The notes under the pieces are model-generated. The model had not been told where the DNA came from, did no database searches, and saw only the letters and a program-made list of their open reading frames with translations. A stretch of 57,357 nt of DNA, counting the filler, from Sluysia triapertura (lineage: Eukaryota), in NCBI GenBank assembly GCA_046118255.1. It is 4 parts of 4 records of this genome, joined end to end, with 100 filler letters (N's around TTAATTAATTAA, not from the genome) between each part and the next. Parts side by side here need not be neighbours in the genome. Positions count along the whole stretch, not along the records: positions 1 to 14,051 come from JBJNIA010007547.1; 3 more parts are not named here. The stretch is one strand, 5' to 3'. The translations under genes were made by a program, and so were the position numbers. This document shows, piece by piece, positions 1-9,929 of the stretch; position 1 is the stretch's first letter, and each line of letters opens with the position of its first letter.

Positions 1-173
1 ATATACAACCAGTTACCAGATAATGTCAAATTGCTAGAAGATTATGAAATATTTAAGAAAAAAGCAAAGTTCTTTCTATTTCAGAAATATTATGGTGAAT
101 GATTTACCTTAAGCGCTTTTGAGTACTTTCGGGGTAGATATGAGCGCAATATAAATTAATATATTATTATTAT
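1..173 (+). mobile_element. 3' end of an L2/CR1-group LINE (ORF2 C-terminus, 3' UTR stem-loop, (TAT)n tail)
   Basis: Frame 1 reads IYNQLPDNVKLLEDYEIFKKKAKFFLFQKYYGE* (1-102), matching the LINE ORF2 tail motif (W/Y)NxLPxxI(K/R)...FKxxLKxxLF. It is followed by AAGCGCTTTTGAG...GAGCGCAATATAAAT and TATTATTATTAT (162-173), the typical L2-type 3' end. Confidence 0.8.
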
Positions 174-427
174 CCACAAATTTGTATTTATAATCATTCT
201 TAACATACAGTTATAGTAAATGAGATAAAACGAACGATTTTGGTATTCTAGACAATTCATCGTGATTCTGAATAGGTCAGAATTGTTATGCCATAAAACA
301 ATAATTAAGTTTGTTGACACCGTTTCTCCGTGAATATATATAAGAGCATTCTTGTTATACGCATATAGTTGATGTATAATTCTACTACTTTTTAATACAC
401 CTATGTTAATGACATTTTCAAAATTAT

Positions 428-1097
428 TCAAAATAAAATTAATATGATTGCCACTTCTGTCCGTGGACATTGATTGAATCCGAATACACATGTTCGTACG
501 CATGTGCTCCTAACATTAATATCGTCATAAGTAGGTAGAATATCATCAAATAAGCCACATATAACATTATCAAATGAATGATATATGAGCGACATAGTAC
601 CAGTTGTCGTTTTTATTACAAATATTTTAACATTAAGTTGATTATGAAAACTTATAATGTTGTCAATTGAATGATATGTGATTGATGTAGTACTAACATT
701 CGTTTTTATTAGAAATGTTTTAACAGTAAACACTTATAGCATTATTAACTGAATGACTTATGACTGACATAGTATTATCAGTCGTTTTCATCACTAATAC
801 TTTAACATTAAGCTTTTGATGAAAATTCATATCATTATTAACTGAATGAAGTATGACTGACACAGTATTATCAGTCGTCTTTATTACTAATACTTTAACA
901 TTAAACTCATTATGAAAATTCATATCAGTGTTAATTGAATGATGTATGACTGACATATTGCTATCAGTCGTTTTTATTACTCTTTCCATCATTGATAATA
1001 AGTCATCACATGTTATCTCTTCATTACGTCTAGGCAATTTTCGAATTTGATCGCTAATTGGAACCTTGATAACAGTCTTGTAGTTGGTATCCATCAC
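428..1097 (-). pseudogene. Frameshifted ORF containing about five 31-aa repeats, product unknown
   Basis: ORFs 720..1097 and 428..733 carry the same VIKTTDxxMSVIxHSxNNxxNFHNxLNVKxL unit. An 11-bp deletion in one unit shifts the frame between them. Confidence 0.5.
565..985. repeat. 93-bp degenerate tandem repeat, about 5 units
   Basis: The (GT)CGTTTTTATTA anchor recurs with its C at 608, 701, 783, 876 and 969 (spacings 93, 82, 93, 93). Confidence 0.9.
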
Positions 1098-1249
1098 TGG
1101 GTTCAGAGATAGTCACCGTATTCATACTTAATAAATATCATTTTAAATTATTTGAAAAATTGTCTTTATAATTTTAAATTACCGAGTATATGTTTTTATA
1201 GTGTATAACGATACACATTTGCATAAAATTTTATTGGCTTGAACATTAT

Positions 1250-2174
1250 TGTGGTGGTTAACCTCCACAACTATCAAATTTTATAAAAAAATTAATTTTT
1301 CAACACTGTAACATTCACATATTTATTTTCTCTTCACTCACTAAAACAGTTCATCTGCCAAAATTAAATCATATTCACAATCTCATAATATACAAACCAC
1401 ATTCATACCCAATACCATCAATTTACATTAACAGATCCATTAAAAACATGCTACTCTATATTCATAACAATTAAACTATAATCACATTCGAAAATATCCA
1501 CTCGAAATCTTCGAATTAATTACAATATTTCAAATTCATCAATAATTATCACATAATATCTAACAGCACAAAAATTCAATACCACTTAAAAACAGCAAGA
1601 AAACAAATCAAGTATAACATTGCACAATAACCTTTCAAATATACTAAGAGTTGTATGATAATTTATCTTTTCACATTTACTAAACCACACTCTTCTTAAT
1701 GCATCTTACGCTCACAATCTTCCAATATTCAAATACTACTTTCAACCAAAAACATAAGTCACCATCTAAAAATTCATCCTAGCGTTCTGCATTGAACTAT
1801 GTGGCATAAAAACTGCTATCATACCTTGAAACGTTAATTACATATGTAAAATTTATTTAAACTAATCTTTACTTGAAGATTTTAGCTTCAAACATATTTA
1901 AATGTAGACCAATATGTTCAGAAATCTAAAAGATTTAAAGGAAGATTGCGTACAGTTTTTAAAGAATCCAAAAGTTTATGCAATGTAATAACATCAATAA
2001 CTATAACATTGTTCATCTTATTGTGGTTGTTATTACATTCAATTCTATCATTTTCTATTTCATTTCAATTCAAAATATGTGTAAAAGTTTCAAGAAAGAA
2101 AGAAAGACCTTGTTTTGTTTATAAAGATAAAGAAATGCATGCGTATATAATAATCATAATAATAACTATAACAA

Positions 2175-2207
<33 letters not shown>

Positions 2208-2470
2208 CAAAATAATAATACTGATTATTTAATTAACAAAAATTGCAGTTCAAACCAACTTCGTCACCGCCATTACCATCGGTGACATTTTGTTAAACAT
2301 TTAAAATTGACTGTCAACGATGATGATGGTGGCCATCATCGTGGCTAAATCATCAGTTAATAATGACTATATTTATTATCCAACCAAAAACGTGTATGTC
2401 TAGACATCATTTACACGATTTTGTTGGATAACCAATCATGAATGTAATTTGACAAAGAATTTAGGCCACA
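1250..2470 (+). mobile_element. LTR-like repeat, copy A (TGTGG...CCACA)
   Basis: Starts TGTGGTGGTTAACC and ends GGCCACA. Its C/A-rich body, AAT tract and 3' block align with 7137-7690 (+) and 33185-34117 (-). No convincing TSD, so the 3' boundary is inferred. Confidence 0.65.
2150..2220. repeat. (AAT)n microsatellite within LTR-like copy A
   Basis: Directly visible; similar AAT/ATT tracts sit at the same position in copies B (~7345-7400) and C (~33430-33485). Confidence 0.9.
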
Positions 2471-2547
2471 AAAATTTTTCTATTAATAACAATGAAATCA
2501 CAAAAATAAAAATTTTGTAAAAAGAATAAAAATGCATACCACTCTAA

Positions 2548-4500
2548 ATGGATGAAAATTTAAAGCATAATTTTAAACTAAATTCTAAAATCGGATCAAT
2601 CTCATCGTTTCGTCAATTAGTAAATGAAACCAAAAAGTTATGTCAACCACAGTGTGATTCTATTCGTCAAACATCTCATATCCTAATGAAGTTTTCTGTA
2701 GTATCAATCTATTTAGTTTATCCATTATTAATTTATATGCAAAATTCAAATGTGCCAGCTTTGAGTCTATAGACCGATGTGATTCAATTCGCGTGCGCTA
2801 TTCAGGTTACATAGTTCCAGTTTTAAAATGGATAAAAAGTTTATTTTATTTTTATAGTTTAGAATCATCGGATCCAACGTATACGTATAGTAGGTGTTTA
2901 TTATTTTTTAAAGAACTAGATCAGTCGTTGATAGCGAACGTTTTAATGAAATATATCATATTTTTCGATTTTCTATTACTTAAAGACAATATGTTTAAAG
3001 ATATAAAAAGTAATACCACATTGAGTCAAATGAATAATGTAGATGAATTTATTATTACCTTAATTAATTTTCTGAAACGCTACAGTTGTAATAAAGAGAA
3101 TATCATTATTCCATGTAACATTTTGATGACTGTTCATAGTAAAGTTAATTTAAAATTTGTAGCATAAGATAATGTTCCACTACATGTTACATTTTTATTT
3201 AGCTATTTTACATAATGAACCAACGAAAACGTTTTATGTTCACTTACTTTATTTTGTGTTGAATATAAAAGACGAAATAAATATTCGTAGAGACTCTATT
3301 CATCATGTGATGAGTTATTTCATGCATTTTATCGATGATAATATGAATTTTGAATTTTTATTTACATTGAGTGATCAAATTTTCAGAGATTTTCTCAAGT
3401 TATTAAATTTACTAAATGTTTTAAATTATAAAATAAACATTGTCTATAAAAGCTCTGAAAAATATGAAGTGAATAAAATTATGGATTGTGACAATGTTAT
3501 TGGTGCTGATTATACTAAGGTTTGTATAAGTATTTGTAAGAGTATTAGTAGAGGAGGCAATGATATTGTAACTTGCGAATTGTGTGATACGTTTACCAGA
3601 CTTACACGAAAATTACTTAAGCGTATTACAGTAAATGTTTTTACTTTACTGCAAATTTATTCATCAAAAAATAGTATCAATGTATATTCTAATAAATTCA
3701 ATTGCACGGTCTATTCGTGGTTTAAAGATCAAAATGTAATAGCGTTTAATTTACAAGTTTTGCAGTATTCCTTTTATTCACTTTATCTATAATTTAAATT
3801 TTCATTTTATTTTAGATGATAATTCTTGGGACAGGTGGAATTACGTACACAATGATATAACAATATCAAGGAGATATAAACTTTTTGTTATAATACACAA
3901 TATAACATTTATTATGGTTATTGATGACTTTTTACTTGAGTTCTTTGAATCGTTAAGTGAATATAAAAATTTCAAACATAATACTCAGAAAGAAATTAGA
4001 TTTTATGATACAATTAAAATTTATATCAATTTTGATTCTGAATTTAAAAGATCTGTTTCCAAACTAAATACTTTTCGTTTAAAATTAATATTCAAAAACT
4101 TAATCATACAGAATTGCTATCATTTAAATTTAATATTCCAAAACATAAATCAACTAAATTGTTCTCAATTAAAATTAATATCCCATAATATAACACAACG
4201 AAACGAAGTTTTTACTTGACTAGGTTTTCTATTACCTATTTCTAAATATTTTAAAACATGTGATCGCTTATATTGTAGTTAGATAATTGCCGAGGAGATT
4301 AAAAATTACTTTACGTAATTACTTATAATTTTGAGTCGGTTAAAAGCCGACAAATTTTAATAATTAAATTTCGATGATAATTTATGGTCGATTGGTACTT
4401 TATTAAGAAAATTACTTTTAGCTTTAATGTGTTGGTGATTGCTACGGAATAGATGGACGGTGGAAACGTAAGAATATGATGAACTGTTAAAGAGTGACTT
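2548..4500 (+). pseudogene. Multi-segment gene or pseudogene of unknown family
   Basis: Consecutive same-strand ORFs 2548-2772, 2793-3167, 3172-3792 and 3914-4219 in changing frames; a plausible GT..TTTTAG intron at ~3737-3816. No motif recognised. Confidence 0.4.
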
Positions 4501-4879
4501 AATATGTCATAATTTTAATTAATTGATTTAAGTAAAAAATATTTAATTGCTTTTACGCGCATATATTGAAATATACATTAGGTAATTAATAAATTAATTT
4601 CAGGGATGAATATCCCTCATAATTGACAAAATATAAGAAATACAATATTTATATAAAGGAAATTTGATATAAGCAAGGTAGTCACAATTACCAAAAACTC
4701 TTACTCTTCATTATCTTCGATCAGTCTGGAAAGAGTATCTTTGTGTTAGTTTGATCTGGATAAATTCCTGCTTTCTTTATTTAATGTGAACAGTACCTCC
4801 TTGATTGATCTGAATAAAACATTGTCGTTTCAAATCATAATCGCCTCTTTATCGTTTGAATGGGACATGTATACTTTCG

Positions 4880-5080
4880 ATAAGGTTGAATAATGCATCG
4901 TCATCTCTGATTCGTGTACATATATAAGCATTAACTTATAGGCTGAATAATACGTTAACATCTTTGTCTAATCCGTAAACATTATCGTCATGGTTATTTA
5001 GTTTATATACATTATAATCTCTGTTTAATTTAAATAGGAAGTCATCTGGTCCTGGTTTGTATATATCGTCATTATTGTTT
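4880..5080 (-). repeat. Degenerate ~27-30-bp tandem repeat
   Basis: Minus strand translates to NDDIYKPGPDDFLFKLNRDYNVYKLNNHDDNVYGLDKDVNVLFSL...DDALFNL; ATCGTCAT-like cores recur. Confidence 0.5.
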
Positions 5081-5977
5081 GATTAGGTAGGTCATGGTTT
5101 TGGTTATGTGGTTCATAACGAGTATTAGTCATCTTATTCATTTTGTAATCTTGAGAACTCTGGCTGCCATTTCAATTTTTATTAAAATTTTTTATGCTGT
5201 TTTATCTGAGAATTCTTTTCACCTGTGTTTAAATTTTTTGGCAGCCATTTAGTTTTTGTCAGAAAAATCTTGGGAGATAAGTTTAGCATTGGGATGAGGT
5301 GTTTGTTTGATTTATGTATATAATTTGTGTACATGATTTGTGTACTGTGAAGATAAAGTATAAATTTTTATGTATTTTTATTTTTTTTTAAATTTTGTTT
5401 TAATACTTAACAATTTTTATGTTTATTTTTTAAAGTGTCAAAAGTTTTGAAAGTAAAACCCTTTTATTAGGATTTTGAAAATAATGAAGAAATCGTATGA
5501 AATGAAATTAACTTGGTGGATTCCTACGCAAAATCTGTGCAGTATGTTATAGCTTATCTTTATAAAAGTTATTCTAGGAAGATCGTGATTTTGGTAGTAT
5601 CTCACACAGTTTTTACACTATCGAACCGACCTGCTGTTAGTACCATTTCGTTTTAGCTAAAATGAAGGATGTTTATGAATTCTAAGACAAATCAATACAA
5701 AAATTAGAAGGATTACAAGACTAGGATTTATCAGAAATGATGCTATAGTTGATTTCGTTTCTGTTAAAGCTGCTACAAGTGAATCAAAATTAGATGTGCA
5801 GTTATTTCTTTAAAATATGTAAATAAATACAAATATTTCGATGTTGTTTATTATGCATTAAGTAGTTATGCAAACATTTCTTCGCAGGATGATTTTTATA
5901 TTAAAAATATTATTCCTGTATTTTTGAAGGAAATACAGAGAGTGAAAGATTCTAAGAATTTCAAATATTTTGGCCAC

Positions 5978-6740
5978 TGATTTAATTACATCACTCGTAA
6001 AATTCGTACCTTGGTCTGTAAGTAATTTTCGTGGTGTGCCGTATCTATAAATTAATTTCTCTACAAGTATTTATGCGACTGTCTCAGCTTTTTGGTTTGG
6101 AATTTGGTAAACCTCGGAACACTTATTTAAATAGTTAAATAAATTTATTTCCATTAATAGTTTCTGGTAACGATCCCATGATGTCACTTGTTGTGAACTC
6201 CATAAGTGACAATGATACAGGTATGGGTTTTAATGGTACTCTTGTTTTAATTCCCATGTTATTTCTCCTACAGCGCAAATTGAACAATCTTTTCACGATT
6301 TTTTAATATCTTGTTTTATTTGTCTTTTGTACGTGATAGTGTTTTCCTCATTGGTAGGTGCCCACCTAATTGTCCTTCATGAAATTGTATCAAGATAGGT
6401 GTTACTAGTGATTTAGGAACACTTGTTTTCTATTCCTCCTTTGAATTTCTAAACCTGAGAATTCCATCTGTAATAGCTAATCTTTTACCTGATTTTCAAT
6501 TAATGTCCCTTTTGCCAATGAATCGATAATTAACGAAAATTCTTTATTTTCCCTTTGATGTTTGATAATTTTTTTATTATCTTCTACTTTACCCGATATT
6601 GACATAATTTGTATAAAGTTAATATTTCCTTTATCGTCTACATTAGTTAATCTTGATATGCAATCAGCGCCATTATTTTGTGAACCTGGCTTATAGATAA
6701 CTTCTAAATCGAATTCTGATAATTTATTGAACCATCTATT
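5978..6740 (-). mobile_element. Ty3/Gypsy pol relic: RNase H end, integrase zinc finger and core
   Basis: RWFNKLSEFDLEVIYKPGSQNNGADCISR, FHEGQLGGH, DCSIC, PLKPIPV...DIMGSLPETINGNK and YGTPRKLLTDQGTNFTS, with stops and frameshifts. The RNase H-then-integrase order and motifs fit Ty3/Gypsy. Confidence 0.92.
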
Positions 6741-7136
6741 TCGTCACGGTGATTATACAAATGTATTTCGCCGGAAGCGAAAAAACATCCGATTATTAGT
6801 CTCCACGTAAATCCTGAAATTTTATAAATTCCGATTACTTAGAACGCCTGTGAAATTATTAACGCAATTACTTTAATTATTATGCAAATTCCTATCAATC
6901 CGGAAAATGCTTGATCCAATATTAAAATTTTTCCCCATATGCATTCTAATGTATCTTGTGTGCCTGTTTTAATAGCATTTCGAAATTTTCTTGTTAATTC
7001 TTTTCAGCTAGCGCGTTATCTACAATTTCTGTTAGTATTTAGATCTTTTTATTGGGAATAATATATCCCGCCAAACTGTTTATATATCATCATTTATATC
7101 AATATCAGAGTTAGGTATGTTTTTCGTAGCTAGAAA

Positions 7137-7690
7137 TGTAGTGGCCAACACTCATAATTTAAAATTATTTTAAATATGAAGCAACAGCGATAACCGATAC
7201 GTAGTATACCTCATTGTCGTTCTTTTTTTCACACATGTTATCATTTTTATTCCTTTTTTTATATGTAGAATAAAAGATTTCAACAGAAAAAGATCATGTT
7301 AAAGATTTTTTAAAGATTTATGCGGTTTTTTAAATTTTTACAAAAATAATAATAACAATAATTTTATCGTTCTTCTTATTATTATTATCATTGTTAATAT
7401 TATCGTTACTAAATGCTAAATATAAAAATAATTAAAATTTCATTACAGTTGGTTAAACTGGTTGCTGCCATCACCAACGATGACAGCCTATGTATATTTT
7501 TCATTAGACTGTCAAGTTGATGACGGTCAGTAATCAGTCCTACTCGTCAAAACTTAATTGATAAATTTCATCCAATCGAGGCTAAAGTATGCAATTAATG
7601 ATTTTAACGCCCTCGATTGGATGACCAATAAAAATTTGTGGTTACAATTAAAAAATTGGCTCAAGCAATTAGAAAATTTTTCTAGCCACA
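7137..7690 (+). mobile_element. LTR-like repeat, copy B (internally deleted)
   Basis: Starts TGTAGTGGCCAAC. 7180-7630 aligns to ~1980-2440 of copy A. Ends at GCCACA (7690), or alternatively GTTACA (7646). Confidence 0.6.
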
Positions 7691-7768
7691 ATTAAAAAAA
7701 TTCAACAGACAATAAAAATAGACAAGTAAGGAATCTTACCAGACAATTGAGGATTAATAATACAATTT

Positions 7769-8161
7769 ATGTCAAACGTTGACATGGACCATTTATTTCG
7801 ACATTTCAATTTTAAAGGTGTAGAATTTATGAAAAAGAAATTGGTCAAACAATACAGCGAAAACAAAAGTTTTTCAACTTTACCAATATGTTCTTTTCAT
7901 GTTATCCAAGAATATTCTGATTCTAATTTGAAATTGTATCATTTTTCAAATGGTAAATCTATTTGTAATATTAGTATGAATAAAATAACATCATCTTTCA
8001 ATTATGATATACAGTGTCAAGAAATAATGAATTGGGAAAAGGAATGGATTACCAAGACGCATGATAACAGTCCGATTAAGGACTTAATTCTAATAAGTTG
8101 CTGTCTATTTTGGATCTATGTGTTCAGTGCAAGAAATGGAGAAAATTTAGTCTGTCCGTAA
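7769..8161 (+). CDS. 130-aa ORF downstream of LTR-like copy B, unknown product (possibly element-internal)
   Basis: ORF track only; ATG 79 nt after the inferred LTR end. Confidence 0.25.
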   Translation: MSNVDMDHLFRHFNFKGVEFMKKKLVKQYSENKSFSTLPICSFHVIQEYSDSNLKLYHFSNGKSICNISMNKITSSFNYDIQCQEIMNWEKEWITKTHDNSPIKDLILISCCLFWIYVFSARNGENLVCP

Positions 8162-8389
8162 AATAAAAGTTGTACATAAACAGAAAATTAAATCATAAAT
8201 CAATATTACTTTATCATAAATCGATATAAATGATATAAATGATTACATATAAATGATGATTACGATGTACGTTACTTAACAACATAATAGGAAATGTAAA
8301 AGCTGCCGCTGAATAATAATAATAAAATAATAATAGTAATATAATAATGATAATGTCTAATAATAATTATAATAATAAGAATCAGTATG

Positions 8390-9110
8390 TTAACGTAAAG
8401 GAGTCATTTACTTTACTCGATTTATTATTTCATGGATCACTTACATTAAAATAATTATTATTATTGACAATTTAACTTTAATTTTTACAGTTTAATTAAT
8501 TTTCAATATCTCACATTCAATTTTCTAATGGAAAATATTTAAGGTCCTCATTTCCAAACAAACCATTTTACAGACATTTTCGGATTCCCCTATTTCATAT
8601 AATCACTTCACACCTAATTCATCTCTTCATCATTCTAAATATGAAAATTTCAACATTTTTTAATTAAAAATTAATTAAAATTCGACTTTTTTCAACATGG
8701 AAGATTTCCTCGCATGAACTCGGTCAAGCCTTATTTTCATACATATTTACAATTTTAACATAACATTCCTCAGTCAAAAGTTATTCACACAAACATAATT
8801 TTTCTTAATTAGTTAATTAAGATTTTAATTAATTAATTATTTATTTTAACTTTAATTCTAAGTTTAAAGGTTTTATTATGGTTATAAAGTTGTTAAATAC
8901 TTTATAAGGCTCTAAATTTTTTCACCTTCACTTTGATTGTTTGTTCTACTTTTTTTATTTTAAATATTAATGTATCTTTATTATTAACCACGATTTTAAT
9001 TCTTGAACATTCTGAAATTACCAAACATTTTACAAAGTTACTCGAAGGTCTCAAAGGTTTATTAAGGTTTCTAATGTCTTCATAAGGCTCTTAGGTTTCA
9101 AAATGATTAT
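8390..9110 (+). repeat. Dispersed ~700-bp repeat, copy 1 (copy 2 at 15420-16230, opposite strand)
   Basis: Collinear shared blocks: CAATTTTCTAATG, AACCATTTTACA, GCATRAACTCGGTCAA, AAGGCTCTA..TTTTCACCTTCAC. Confidence 0.85.
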
Positions 9111-9289
9111 AAATATTTTTCTATTCATCATTCTTGCTCAAGGAATATTTAATTATATTTATATCATATTTCAGATATTGTTTTATCACTTTTTCTTATA
9201 CATATTTTAAATTCTCTTTCCTTTTAATCTATTTTCTATACACTTACTGGACGATCCCAACAATTTGGTTGATGATATATATACAAGAT

Positions 9290-9555
9290 AACAAGTTTGT
9301 AAATAAACATGCCTTCTATTTTGATAATGATTACGAACATAAATATGCGTTTGTTTTTGATAACAACTATGAAGGTAAAGACGAGATTTTTATTTTTTAT
9401 AACGTTGTAAATAAAATTTCATTCATTATTGATGCCAACGTTTTAAATAAAGTTGTGTTCAAATTTTACAATAACCTTATAAATAAAGGAATGTTCAGTT
9501 TTTATAAGAATTCTGTAAATAAAGATAATTTCAATTTAGATAACTTAGCTACGAA
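9290..9555 (+). repeat. 36-bp (12-codon) degenerate tandem repeat, about 7 units, within ORF 9134-9562
   Basis: Units begin at 9302, 9338, 9374, 9410, 9446, 9482 and 9518: NKHAFYFDNDYE/HKYAFVFDNNYE/GKDEIFIFYNVV/NKISFIIDANVL/NKVVFKFYNNLI/NKGMFSFYKNSV/NKDNFNLDNLAT. Confidence 0.8.
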
Positions 9556-9929
9556 TAATTAAAGATGACCGATAAATGAGAATGGACACTTAACCAAGGA
9601 TTCATCACAATACAAAACCATATACATAAAAAGTAAATTATTGCTTCGAGTTAATTTTATACCATATCATATCTATGAATAATAAACAAGAAAATATCAC
9701 AATCATTACAGCTTCTAATCAAGACTTCATAATAATGAATATTCTGTCAAGTTTTGGACACAGTATCGACGTTGAAACGAACTGCGCTAATCATGTAATA
9801 CTCGACTATTCTTCACTCATGTTTCTTTATTCGGTCAGAAATTATTTTACTCCGAGTTGTCATAACCTGATGTGGAAATTTAGAGTTCACTACACTAACA
9901 TCTCCAAATTGATTCATTAATTAATACAT

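Noticed and set aside
565-985. CRISPR-like periodic array (also 9290-9555)
   Set aside because: Whole units are homologous, with no unique spacers and no cas genes, in a eukaryotic context.
5280-5350. SWIM zinc finger of a MULE transposase
   Set aside because: Needs several corrections to form CxC...CKH, and no DDE domain is nearby.
7514-7553. Hammerhead ribozyme-like TTGATGACGG...CGTCAAAAC
   Set aside because: Lacks an intact CTGATGA/GAAA core and stems I/III; not conserved in copies A and C.
1250-7690. Full-length LTR retrotransposon bounded by copies A and B
   Set aside because: The copies are highly diverged and differ in length, there is no TSD or clear PBS, and the internal pol relic is antisense.
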